Part shown: positions 20,301-29,011 of the stretch, piece by piece
How the letters are laid out: every line of letters begins with the position of its first letter
Position numbering within the stretch: the stretch's first letter is position 1
NCBI GenBank assembly: GCA_035389045.1
Contig: DAOORA010000014.1
Coordinates: 1 to 64,000, forward strand
DNA: 64,000 nucleotides
From: Bacteroidales bacterium
GTDB lineage: Bacteria; Bacteroidota; Bacteroidia; Bacteroidales; CAIWKO01
Reading direction: 5' to 3'
The notes under the pieces: model-generated
The model's input: the letters and a program-made list of their open reading frames with translations, nothing else
What the model was told of the DNA's origin: nothing
The model's database searches: none
Position numbers and translations under genes: made by a program

Positions 20301-20617
20301 GTTTTTTCGTCTTTTGTTCCGGTATGATCCCTTGATATGTTTTTTACCGCCATTTCAAGATATGGAATGGCTTTATATTTTTCGGAGGGCATATGCTTGT
20401 AACACACACCGATGTGGTAGTCAATATTTGCATTCTCCGGTTCGCTGGTCTTGAGTTTTAAAAAACAGGCCAAAGAAGCGGGGTAATTTTCCATTTCAAA
20501 ATAAGTGTAGGCAGAATCAAGGAGTGCCTTGTTACCAGATGTCTGTGCATTACTTACGTTCAATAATATAAAAACAAATGCAGCAAAAAGGACTGTACAT
20601 TTTTTAATTAGGTTCAT
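17354..20617 (-). CDS. OmpA-family protein with TPR, PD40 repeats and carboxypeptidase-regulatory-like repeats (PorE-like architecture)
   Basis: TPR-like N-terminus, FTSDRKGGYGGLDIY PD40, NIYFDFDK/GSHTD/NRRTEF OmpA motifs, C-terminal YRVQI SPOR-like region. Confidence 0.88.
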   Translation of the reverse strand: MNLIKKCTVLFAAFVFILLNVSNAQTSGNKALLDSAYTYFEMENYPASLACFLKLKTSEPENANIDYHIGVCYKHMPSEKYKAIPYLEMAVKNISRDHTGTKDEKTAPADAYFYLGTAYLINYDLEKAVAATEQYKTLLNPNDESEKIKFKNADRQIAMARVAKELIKDPIPITVENLGKHVNTRFPEYAPAIVLDGNTLLFTARRDENVGDMVEDNGYYFEDIYMSKKSEITKWTEAINIKTVNTQDHEASISLSSDKKQLFIYKDDGGDGNVYVSNHSEHEWQKPVKLGNPINSKAWETHASLSSDGNTIYFTSDRKGGYGGLDIYKSEKNANGKWGEAINLGNVINTEFNDDGPFLLYDNVLYFCSQGHKTMGGYDIFYSRLKNDSTWSEPVNIGYPINTTDDDLFYTPVDSLTAYFASVRVIDSYGTPGFGNLDIYRLTIHPVVIKGIAYDKHTREILPGAKVYLLNDKMEIIEETVADTNGAYCFPASYNRNYFLKASKDSYTDATDKASTYNIGEKKEVVVDLFPERIFDVSLKIHVDDAQTYMPLNEVRVIVKDVLSGDTVNLITDENGDIVKNLPDKKNNDSLHYEIEFAKQGYLDKNLDFRYHITKPGEILIKENLGKLLIRGLVLNKQTKEIIPGADVFLMDEKMDTIDRASADDKAAFSFSADYDRKYYLSARKKSYTEGNNTVSTYNAGNTREFTANLLLEQSVPVSLKILIFDANTNEILKDVKIEMKDMQSGKIEILMTDKNGELFIPLEHKTINDSLVYNMVISKETYLAKYFKYRYLIKKPGEIVIREPIGRLEVGTDLAKVIQINNIYFDFDKYYIRPDAAIELDKIVKIMNENPSIVIELGSHTDCRNTYAYNEVLSKNRAKSSVAYIVSKGIDPKRITGKGYGEYQMLVNCPCEGTRESQCTEEDHQMNRRTEFRIIGFIDGMGNVSIKSDKGSDILVDPKPGTEWKKGNNEPLKKQSFSAQPSDKIYKTIEDKAKPLDNLIYRVQIMTSGTDLPATDPLFKGLQNVYKYKQKGLYKYTWGETNLIEEAEQIRLQMKEKGFHEAFIVPFYKNSRITLEELEELLKNNN

Positions 20618-20637
20618 TATTATAAAGTTTTAAATTA

Positions 20638-21810
20638 TTACGGTTTATTCTGTTTTAACGGATGCGCATATAACTCCACATCATGCCCGGCAATTTCTTT
20701 ATCACAGAGGATGATCAGCCTTTCCACCACATTTCTGAGTTCACGGATATTGCCGGTCCACTGTATCTTCTTAAGCTCCTCAATAGCACTATCTTGCACT
20801 TTAATTACCGGTCTGCCCTGTGAGGTACAAATATCATTAACAAAATGGTCAACCAGCAGCGGAATATCTTCTATACGCTGATTTAGCGGAGGTACTTCAA
20901 TCAGGATCACACTGATCCGGTGATACAGGTCTTCCCTGAAATTCTTTTTGCTGATCTCTTCCTCCATATTTTTGTTGGTTGCAGCTATCACCCTGACATT
21001 GACAGGAATATCCTTTTCGCCCCCTACACGTGTGATTTTGTTTTCCTGCAGGGCACGAAGCACTTTGGCCTGCGCCGACAGGCTCATGTCACCGATCTCG
21101 TCAAGGAAGATGGTACCGCCATCCGCCTGTTCAAAATCGCCCTTGCGTTGTTTGACCGCCGACGTAAACGAACCCTTTTCATGGCCGAAAAGTTGGCTTT
21201 CAATGAGTTCAGATGGTATGGCCGCACAGTTTACTTCGATAAAAGGGAGGCCGGCACGTTTGCTTTTTTCGTGCAGCCAGCGGGCAACAAGTTCTTTTCC
21301 GGTTCCATTTTCGCCGGTGATCAGCACACGTGCATCCGTGGGTGCCACGCGGTCGATCATATCCTTTATATGTTTGATAACCGGAGATTCACCAATCATT
21401 TCCCATGTTTTACTAATCTTTCTCTTCAGCACTTTTGTTTCACTGATAAGCGTGGACTTGTCCATAGCATTGCGCAGCGTAATCAGCAGACGGTTCAGGT
21501 CGAGCGGTTTGGCAATAAAATCGTAGGCGCCCAGTTTGATTGATTCCACTGCCGTCTCAATATTACCGTGTCCCGATATCATTACCACAGGAGTATCTGT
21601 CTTGCCTAAAATGGCTTTCAGAACATCAATACCATCCATCCTCGGCATTTTGATGTCGCACAATATCACATCATATTTTTCTTTGTCCACCAAAAGAAGA
21701 CCTTCGGCGCCGTCGGGAGCATCATCTACCTGGTATTTCTCGTATTCAAGGATCTCGCGCAAGGTGTTACGTATACTTTTTTCATCATCGATTACTAAGA
21801 TTCGTGGCAT
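20638..21810 (-). CDS. Sigma-54-interacting response regulator (receiver + AAA, no C-terminal HTH)
   Basis: ILVIDDE/DIKMP receiver; GENGTGKE, GSFTSA, FLDEIGD, GNIREL. Confidence 0.92.
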   Translation of the reverse strand: MPRILVIDDEKSIRNTLREILEYEKYQVDDAPDGAEGLLLVDKEKYDVILCDIKMPRMDGIDVLKAILGKTDTPVVMISGHGNIETAVESIKLGAYDFIAKPLDLNRLLITLRNAMDKSTLISETKVLKRKISKTWEMIGESPVIKHIKDMIDRVAPTDARVLITGENGTGKELVARWLHEKSKRAGLPFIEVNCAAIPSELIESQLFGHEKGSFTSAVKQRKGDFEQADGGTIFLDEIGDMSLSAQAKVLRALQENKITRVGGEKDIPVNVRVIAATNKNMEEEISKKNFREDLYHRISVILIEVPPLNQRIEDIPLLVDHFVNDICTSQGRPVIKVQDSAIEELKKIQWTGNIRELRNVVERLIILCDKEIAGHDVELYAHPLKQNKP

Positions 21811-21892
21811 ATTGGAAAATTTGTTGTTGAGTTGGTTAGGTTAATGTTGAGTTTGGGAGATTGAGTTAAATAAGGGAATGGGAGAATGGGAG

Positions 21893-21910
21893 TCCCGATA
21901 GGTATCGGGA
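21893..21910. repeat. TCCCGAT-N4-ATCGGGA palindrome within a degenerate purine-rich tract
   Basis: TCCCGATAGGTATCGGGA; same family as 4950-4969 and 26398-26415. Confidence 0.7.
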
Positions 21911-21958
21911 GAGAGATTGAGAGCTTGGAAGATGCGGTGCGTATGCATATAGCGATTG

Positions 21959-23632
21959 TTATATAAGTTTTTTATATCTGATTCTTTTAGGGCTGGTATC
22001 ACTCATACGCTTCTTTTTATTTTCTTCATATTCCGAATAGGTGCCTTCAAAATAATAGACCTGTGAATCGCCTTCAAAGGCAAGGATATGTGTGGCTATA
22101 CGGTCGAGGAACCAACGATCGTGAGAGATGATCACAGCGCATCCGGCAAAGCTTTCGAGACCTTCTTCCAAAGCACGTAGTGTGTTAACATCAATGTCGT
22201 TGGTAGGTTCATCAAGCAGCAGCACGTTTGCTTCCTGTTTTAAGGTGAGTGCCAAATGCAAGCGGTTACGTTCTCCTCCAGAAAGCACCCCTGCCTTTTT
22301 GCCCTGATCGGGTCCACTGAAATTAAAGCGCGAGACATAAGCCCTGGAATTCATGGTGCGGTTGCCGAGTATGATGTTTTCATTGCCTTCGGAAATCACT
22401 TCCCATACATTTTTTTCCGGGTCGATATCCACATGAGCCTGATCTACATAAGCGATCTTAACGGTCTCCCCGACTTTAAATGTACCGGAATCCTGTTTCT
22501 CAAGACCCATCATCATGCGGAACAAGGTTGTTTTTCCCGCACCATTAGGGCCGATAACGCCTACAATACCTCCCGGGGGAAGCATAAATTCCAGATTTTC
22601 AAATAAAAGTTTATTTCCATAAGCTTTTGAAACTTTTTTGGCTTCGATGACCACATCGCCCAGGCGGGGACCATTAGGTATAAATATCTCGAGTTTTTCG
22701 TCTTTCTGTTTTACATCCTCGTTCAGCATGTTTTCGTATGCTTTCAGCCTGGCTTTGCCTTTGGCATGGCGGGCTTTGGGAGCCATACGCACCCATTCCA
22801 GCTCGCGTTCGAGGGTTTTGGCGCGCTTACTTTCGGTCTTTTCTTCCATTTTCAGCCTGCTTGTTTTCTGCTCCAGCCAGGATGAATAGTTTCCCTTCCA
22901 GGGAATACCTTCTCCCCTGTCGAGTTCCAATATCCAGCCGGCCACATTATCGAGAAAATAACGGTCGTGCGTCACCGCGATCACCGTTCCCTTATATTGC
23001 TGCAAATGATGTTCGAGCCATTCCACCGATTCGGCATCGAGATGGTTGGTAGGCTCATCGAGCAACAAAATATCCGGTTCCGACAAAAGTAATCTGCATA
23101 ATGCCACGCGCCGGCGTTCTCCACCGGAGAGGTTTTCGATCAGCACATCGCTTTCAGGACAGCGCAGGGCATCCATGGCGCGTTCCAGTTTATTGTCGAG
23201 TTCCCAGGCATCATGCTGATCGAGTAACTCTGTGAGTTCTCCCTGCCGGCTGATGAGTTTATTCATCTCTTCATCCGACATGAGTTCTGCAAATTTGTTG
23301 TTTACCTCCTCGTATTCCTTCAACAGGTCAACAACACCCTGCACGCCTTCCTGAACGATCTCCTTTACGGTTTTGGTGTTGTCCAGTTCGGGTTCCTGCT
23401 GCAGTATACCTACTGAGTAGCCCGGAGAAAACACCACTTCGCCATTGAAAGATTTTTCAATCCCTGCAATTATCTTCAGCAAGGTGGACTTACCCGATCC
23501 GTTAAGTCCGATAACACCAATCTTGGCGCCGTAATAAAAAGAAAGGTAAATATCTTTCAGTACCTGTTTGTTGGGCGGAAACGTCTTGCTGACATTCACC
23601 ATGGAAAAGATTATCTTTTTGTCGTCGGCCAT
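21959..23632 (-). CDS. ettA: Energy-dependent translational throttle ABC-F protein
   Basis: Two ABC cassettes (GLNGSGKS, GPNGAGKT, LSGGE), YGAKIGVIG, GIPWKGNYSSWLEQK, LERELEWVR. Confidence 0.95.
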   Translation of the reverse strand: MADDKKIIFSMVNVSKTFPPNKQVLKDIYLSFYYGAKIGVIGLNGSGKSTLLKIIAGIEKSFNGEVVFSPGYSVGILQQEPELDNTKTVKEIVQEGVQGVVDLLKEYEEVNNKFAELMSDEEMNKLISRQGELTELLDQHDAWELDNKLERAMDALRCPESDVLIENLSGGERRRVALCRLLLSEPDILLLDEPTNHLDAESVEWLEHHLQQYKGTVIAVTHDRYFLDNVAGWILELDRGEGIPWKGNYSSWLEQKTSRLKMEEKTESKRAKTLERELEWVRMAPKARHAKGKARLKAYENMLNEDVKQKDEKLEIFIPNGPRLGDVVIEAKKVSKAYGNKLLFENLEFMLPPGGIVGVIGPNGAGKTTLFRMMMGLEKQDSGTFKVGETVKIAYVDQAHVDIDPEKNVWEVISEGNENIILGNRTMNSRAYVSRFNFSGPDQGKKAGVLSGGERNRLHLALTLKQEANVLLLDEPTNDIDVNTLRALEEGLESFAGCAVIISHDRWFLDRIATHILAFEGDSQVYYFEGTYSEYEENKKKRMSDTSPKRIRYKKLI

Positions 23633-23767
23633 TATAAACGGTAATTAATTTATTCAGTATTTTTTTTGAGAAAAGCAAAAGTACAAAATTATTAGGAAAA
23701 TACTTTACCGGCTGTTTTATAGGTGCAAATTGAAAAGTGCTCAAATGCCCATTTTTTACTTTTTCAC

Positions 23768-23823
23768 GTTGTAACCGAATAAAGTTATAACTTTTCTTTG
23801 TTATAACCGAAATAAGTCATATT
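23768..23823. promoter_or_regulatory. Paired operator-like repeat upstream of AAA_14 ATPase
   Basis: GTTGTAACCGAATAAAGTTATAAC and GTTATAACCGAAATAAGTCATAT, 32 bp apart. Confidence 0.5.
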
Positions 23824-23843
23824 TTTGTAAAAAATCAAAAAAA

Positions 23844-24968
23844 ATGATCCAACGACTTTTTGAAAATATCATCGTAAAAAACTCAGGGAAAAAGAAGGCA
23901 ATTATTATCCTCGGGGCAAGACAGGTAGGGAAAAGCACCTTGCTAAACATGTTGCTTAAAAATATGAAAAATGATATCTTATTCTGGGACGGAGACGAAC
24001 CGGATTTAAGACAAAAACTCGATAACGTAACCTCAACCCAGCTGAAAGCGATGATTGGTTCATCAAAAATACTCGTGATTGATGAGGCGCAGCGTATAAA
24101 GAACATAGGGATAACCCTGAAATTAATAACCGATAAAATAAAAGATGTTCAGTTATATGTCTCGGGCTCGTCATCATTGGAATTAAGCAATGAAATCAAT
24201 GAACCGTTGACCGGAAGAAAATATGAGTTTTTTCTTATGCCGTTTTCGACACAAGAATTAATAAATCATCATGGGGTGACTGATGAAAAACGTTTATTGC
24301 AACATCGTCTTATTTATGGCTTTTACCCTGATATAGTGTGTAATCCTGGTGATGAAACGATAAATTTAAAAAATCTGGTCAATAGTTATCTGTATAAAGA
24401 TATTTTTAATTTTAATGATGTCCGCAAACCCGAAATTATACAAAAATTATTAAAAGCTTTGGCGCTTCAAATAAGCAGCGAGGTTTCATATCATGAATTA
24501 GCACAGACTGCAGGGTGCAATATTGAAACAGTACAACGGTATATTGACCTTTTAGAGAAATCCTTTATTATATTCCGGCTATCTTCATTCAACCGAAATC
24601 TCAGAAACGAATTAAAAAAAAGCAGAAAAATTTATTTCTTTGATAATGGTGTCAGAAATGCCCTTTTGGGTGAATACAAGGATATTGAATTAAGGAGCGA
24701 CTCAGGTGCTTTATGGGAAAACTTCCTAATCAGCGAGCGACAAAAATACCTTGAATATAATCAAATAACGACCTCAAATTATTTCTGGAGAACGAAACAA
24801 CAGCAGGAAATTGACTATATTGAAGAAAGAGACGGAAAACTATTCGCATATGAATTCAAATGGAGACAGGGAAAAGAAGCATATTTTGCAAAGACTTTCC
24901 GCAATGCTTACCCAAATTGCACCACAAAAACGATCACACCTGAGAATTATTTAGACTTTCTTTTATAA
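23844..24968 (+). CDS. AAA_14 ATPase with DUF4143 (PD-(D/E)xK-like) C-terminus
   Basis: GARQVGKS, IDEAQ, SGSSS, EPLTGRK, KIYFFDNG, GALWEN, EIDYI...YEFK. Confidence 0.9.
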   Translation: MIQRLFENIIVKNSGKKKAIIILGARQVGKSTLLNMLLKNMKNDILFWDGDEPDLRQKLDNVTSTQLKAMIGSSKILVIDEAQRIKNIGITLKLITDKIKDVQLYVSGSSSLELSNEINEPLTGRKYEFFLMPFSTQELINHHGVTDEKRLLQHRLIYGFYPDIVCNPGDETINLKNLVNSYLYKDIFNFNDVRKPEIIQKLLKALALQISSEVSYHELAQTAGCNIETVQRYIDLLEKSFIIFRLSSFNRNLRNELKKSRKIYFFDNGVRNALLGEYKDIELRSDSGALWENFLISERQKYLEYNQITTSNYFWRTKQQQEIDYIEERDGKLFAYEFKWRQGKEAYFAKTFRNAYPNCTTKTITPENYLDFLL

Positions 24969-24975
24969 AATCAAA

Positions 24976-25815
24976 TTACTCCGCCAGATTCTTAAAATCC
25001 TCATCTAAAAAAGCATCAGGTTTGTCGGGGCTGACCTTATGTTGATCAAAATACAGAGGTTTGCCCTCTTTTGCCGTGATGACGAATTTATATACCGAGG
25101 CACTGCCTGCTGCTGTTCCTTCCGGCCCTACTTTGTGCAGAAAAGCAACTTTTGGATTGTTTTCATCTATCGCCTTGCTTATTTCTTCGGCAGTTGTAAA
25201 TTTTATCGTGTAGGGATAATATTTTTTTATTTTTTCAACGGTATTGACAGATGAAGCAAGATCATCTTGTATTAACCAAAGCTCATAATTTTTCAACTCA
25301 GAAGCATTCTCCTTGACAATCTGCTGAATATCTTTCCCGGGATTTTTTTGTGCGTAACGGATAAAATAATCAATAAATTTTATCAGCGCCGGGAACCTGT
25401 ATTCATAAACTTCAGGATCCACTTCATCAAAAGAAACAGGAACAACGCACAGTTCAGGCATTTTATTGATATTTTTAGAAACATCACCCATCACCAGATT
25501 GATGATAAAATACGAATTCAAATCACCCTTTCCCATCTGTGCCTGCGACACAAAAAGAAATGAACTTCTATTGTCGCCCATCTTCTTTTCAAATACCTCA
25601 TAATTGATTATTTCAAAAGGTGTGATTTTCCAAACATCGTTTAGCCCATCAGAAACAAAAGCATTAAATGCCGAGAAAGGATTATCTTCGAGCACTACAT
25701 AAGTCTTGCTTTTCAGAAATGTTTCCACTTTTTCTTTGTCAGGAGTTTTCAACTGTGCCAAAATGACAAAAGGCAGGCAAATGAACAATAGTCCTACCGG
25801 GATAATTTTTTTCAT
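24976..25815 (-). CDS. Hypothetical secreted protein
   Basis: 279-aa ORF with signal peptide followed by Gln; no recognised motif. Confidence 0.7.
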   Translation of the reverse strand: MKKIIPVGLLFICLPFVILAQLKTPDKEKVETFLKSKTYVVLEDNPFSAFNAFVSDGLNDVWKITPFEIINYEVFEKKMGDNRSSFLFVSQAQMGKGDLNSYFIINLVMGDVSKNINKMPELCVVPVSFDEVDPEVYEYRFPALIKFIDYFIRYAQKNPGKDIQQIVKENASELKNYELWLIQDDLASSVNTVEKIKKYYPYTIKFTTAEEISKAIDENNPKVAFLHKVGPEGTAAGSASVYKFVITAKEGKPLYFDQHKVSPDKPDAFLDEDFKNLAE

Positions 25816-25929
25816 GGATTAACTTTTTTGAAAAACGCAAAATCCTTCTCAATATTTCATTTTCAATACAGATTCAAACCTTTGTTTTGTAGTTTTGTAA
25901 AAGATTTCTCATTATTAAAAACCAAAGAA

Positions 25930-26319
25930 ATGAATGTACGTGAATTATTAGGCAGAGACCGGTTTGCAAAACTTCTCGGAATAGAGTTGCTGGAAGTATC
26001 GAACGGCTGTGCAAGGTCAAAAATGGAGATTATGGACGAACACCTCAATGGGGTTGATATCGCGCAGGGCGGCGCCATTTTTACACTTGCTGATTTCACG
26101 CTTGCCGCCGCCGCCAACTCTCATGGAGACATTGCTATTGTAATAAATGCAAGTATTAGTTTTATCAAAGCTGCACAGAAAGGGCTATTGTTTGCCGAAG
26201 CCACAGAATCATCGAAGAATAATAAAACGGCTACGTATAATGTCAATGTTACTAATTCACAGGGCGAACTTATTGCAGAATATCATGGTATAGCATATCG
26301 GAAAAAAGAAACGTTTTAA
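25930..26319 (+). CDS. PaaI-family hotdog-fold thioesterase
   Basis: DRFAKLLGIE, HLNGVDIAQGGAIFTLAD; start set at MNVRE. Confidence 0.9.
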   Translation: MNVRELLGRDRFAKLLGIELLEVSNGCARSKMEIMDEHLNGVDIAQGGAIFTLADFTLAAAANSHGDIAIVINASISFIKAAQKGLLFAEATESSKNNKTATYNVNVTNSQGELIAEYHGIAYRKKETF

Positions 26320-26328
26320 GGAAGAAGG

Positions 26329-26458
26329 GGAAGTCGGAAGCCAGAAGACGGGAGTTGGGAGTTGGGAGTCGGGAGTTGGGAGTCGGGAGTCGGAAGGTCC
26401 CGATAGCTATCGGGAGGGAGTCGGGAGTTGGGAGCCGGGAGTTGGGAGTTGGAAAGTC
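26329..26458 (+). repeat. Heptamer tandem array (GGGAGTT/GGGAGTC) interrupted by a TCCCGATAGCTATCGGGA palindrome
   Basis: About 16 7-bp units; palindrome at 26398-26415. Confidence 0.9.
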
Positions 26459-26593
26459 GCCGACGCGGATATTTCAGATGCACGAATTTAGATTTGGATA
26501 GTATTTTTCTGAATAAAATTGCCCTTCATACATGGGTACGGAAATAAATAAGTATTTCAGCATTCTGATTTCTGAAATCTGAAATCATTGTCT

Positions 26594-26601
26594 TAACTTT
26601 G
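26594..26601 (+). promoter_or_regulatory. -7 promoter box TAACTTTG for pcrA/uvrD
   Basis: TAnnTTTG 17 nt upstream of the ATG. Confidence 0.55.
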
Positions 26602-26617
26602 CAACAATATTTTTCTC

Positions 26618-28960
26618 ATGCCAAAAGATATACTTGACGACTTAAACGAAGAACAAAAAAAAGCTGTATCATGCATCAACGGTCCGCTGATGGTGCTTGC
26701 GGGCGCCGGATCCGGCAAAACCAGAGTTCTTACGTACCGTGTGGCCTACCTGCTCCAGCAGGGTGTCGACCCCTTTAACATACTAGCGCTGACCTTTACC
26801 AATAAGGCAGCCCGGGAGATGAAAGACCGTATCACCAGACTTGTCGGCTCAACCGATGCCCGCAATGTGTGGATGGGCACTTTTCACTCGATCTTTGCCC
26901 GCATCCTCCGCATTGAGGGACATGTTCTCGGCTTTCCGCAGAATTTCACTATCTATGATACTGATGACACCAAAAGTATCATGAAAGCCATTCTTAAAGA
27001 ACAAAATCTCGATGTAAAGCAATATCCTCCGGCCTATGTTCTTAACCGGATATCGGCCGCCAAGAACAACCTGATGTCTGCCGAAGATTACAACCGCAAT
27101 GTTGAACTCACCGACTACGACAAAGCTTCCGGCAAACCACAGTTAGGACAGCTTTTTACCATTTACAATAATAAGCTGAAAAGCGCCTATGCCATGGATT
27201 TTGACGACCTGTTGTATTACACCAACCAACTGCTGCGTGATTTTCCGGATATACTGTTCAAATACCAGCATAAGTTTGTCTACATTCTCGTTGACGAATA
27301 CCAGGATACCAATTATGCCCAGTACATGATCGTCAAAAAACTGGCTGCTGATAATGAAAACATCTGCGTCGTGGGCGATGATGCCCAGAGTATTTACGGG
27401 TTCCGTGGCGCCAATATTCAGAATATCCTGAACTTCAAAAGCGATTATCCTGATGCACAGACAGTAAAGCTGGAACAAAACTACCGTTCGACCCAAAACA
27501 TTGTAAATGCGGCCAACAGTGTGATACAAAAAAATAAAAGGCAATATTTCAAGGAGATATGGACCGAAAACGAAGAAGGCAACAAAATCGTCCTGATAAA
27601 AGCCACATCCGACAATGAGGAAGGCTCCATGATTGCAAATTCGGTGTTTGAAACAAAAATGAATTTCCAGCTGCCCAATGCAGATTTTGCCATACTTTAC
27701 CGTACCAATGCGCAATCGCGTTCTATTGAGGAGGCCATGAGGCGACTCAACATCCCGTACAAAATCTATGGAGGATTGTCGTTTTACAGGCGAAAGGAAA
27801 TTAAAGACCTGCTGGCTTATTTCCGGTTGATCATCAACAATCGCGACGAGGAAGCACTGTTCCGCATCATCAATTTTCCTGCCCGTGGCATAGGCGACAC
27901 GACACTTCAGAAGGTGGTGCTGGCATCAACAGCTCTGCAAAAAAGTTCCTGGGAGATCATCGAAAATCCTGTCTTATATAATCTGCCCATCAATGCAGGC
28001 GCTATGCAGAAACTAAAAGATTTTGCCACCATGATCAGTAGTTTCACGGTGCAGATACCCATTAAAAATGCTTATGAAATTGCCCGTCAGATTGCTTTCA
28101 ACAGCGGCATCTACAAAGAGCTCAAACAGGACGAATCGCCGGAAGGTGTCAGCCGGGTTGAAAATATCGATGAATTGCTGAACGCCATCAAAGAGTTCAC
28201 CGAAAAAGAAATGTTGTTCGCTCCCGACGGCACACCGCTTGAAAACACGATACGCACCCTCGACCTGTTCATGCAGGATATCGCCCTGCTTACCGATCAA
28301 GACACCAACGACAAAGAAAATACCGACCATGTTTCGCTGATGACGATACACCAGGCCAAAGGTCTTGAATTCCCCTATGTCTTTGTTGCCGGGCTTGAAG
28401 AAAACCTGTTCCCCTCGATGCAGGCGCTGCACACACGCGACGACCTGGAAGAAGAACGCCGCCTGTTCTATGTAGCCATAACCCGCGCCATGAAACGCCT
28501 TACTTTGTCGTATGCCGAGAACCGGTACCGTTACGGAGAAATGATCTTCTGTGAAAAAAGCCGTTTCCTTGACGAAATTGACCCTGCGTATATTGACACG
28601 CCCCACAAAATGAAGCAGGCCGTAACCGGCGATCCGTGGGTGGTAAAAGCAAAACCCAAACCTATTAGCATTACACCCGATACCAAAGCAGGAAATAAGG
28701 TAAACGTTTCACCTGCAGGAATCGCAAAACATCTGAACCTGAAAAAGATCAAGGATATTTCAAAAAGCGCTTCGGACTTTACAGCCTCAGAGACCGAAGA
28801 CATCCGCGTCGGCATGACCGTGGAACACCAGCGGTTTGGTAAGGGCCGCGTGATGACCATTGAAGGCTACGGACCCAATAAAAAAACCACGGTATTATTT
28901 GACAGCGTGGGAGAAAAACAGTTATTGCTGCAATATGCGAAGCTGAAGATAGTAAATTGA
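26618..28960 (+). CDS. pcrA: ATP-dependent DNA helicase UvrD/PcrA
   Basis: AGAGSGKT, TFTNKAA, VDEYQDTN, VGDDAQSIYGFRGA, LEQNYRS, TIHQAKGLEF, EERRLFYVAITRA, C-terminal Tudor-like HQRFGKG. Confidence 0.95.
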   Translation: MPKDILDDLNEEQKKAVSCINGPLMVLAGAGSGKTRVLTYRVAYLLQQGVDPFNILALTFTNKAAREMKDRITRLVGSTDARNVWMGTFHSIFARILRIEGHVLGFPQNFTIYDTDDTKSIMKAILKEQNLDVKQYPPAYVLNRISAAKNNLMSAEDYNRNVELTDYDKASGKPQLGQLFTIYNNKLKSAYAMDFDDLLYYTNQLLRDFPDILFKYQHKFVYILVDEYQDTNYAQYMIVKKLAADNENICVVGDDAQSIYGFRGANIQNILNFKSDYPDAQTVKLEQNYRSTQNIVNAANSVIQKNKRQYFKEIWTENEEGNKIVLIKATSDNEEGSMIANSVFETKMNFQLPNADFAILYRTNAQSRSIEEAMRRLNIPYKIYGGLSFYRRKEIKDLLAYFRLIINNRDEEALFRIINFPARGIGDTTLQKVVLASTALQKSSWEIIENPVLYNLPINAGAMQKLKDFATMISSFTVQIPIKNAYEIARQIAFNSGIYKELKQDESPEGVSRVENIDELLNAIKEFTEKEMLFAPDGTPLENTIRTLDLFMQDIALLTDQDTNDKENTDHVSLMTIHQAKGLEFPYVFVAGLEENLFPSMQALHTRDDLEEERRLFYVAITRAMKRLTLSYAENRYRYGEMIFCEKSRFLDEIDPAYIDTPHKMKQAVTGDPWVVKAKPKPISITPDTKAGNKVNVSPAGIAKHLNLKKIKDISKSASDFTASETEDIRVGMTVEHQRFGKGRVMTIEGYGPNKKTTVLFDSVGEKQLLLQYAKLKIVN

Positions 28961-29010
28961 GAAGTGCGAAGTTGCAAACTTCGCACAACGGGGTGCACAC
29001 TTCGCACAAC
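28911..29010 (+). repeat. 100-bp direct repeat copy 1 (last 50 nt of pcrA plus REP-like hairpin)
   Basis: 98/100 identical to 30689-30788; contains GTGCGAAGT-TGCAA-ACTTCGCAC hairpin and a 20-nt tandem echo. Confidence 0.92.
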
Positions 29011-29011
29011 A

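Noticed and set aside
26329..26458. CRISPR array
   Set aside because: 7-bp tandem units with no unique spacers and no cas genes in the window.
28960..29010. Integron attC site
   Set aside because: The hairpin lacks clear RYYYAAC/GTTRRRY box pairing, and no integron integrase or cassette array is visible.
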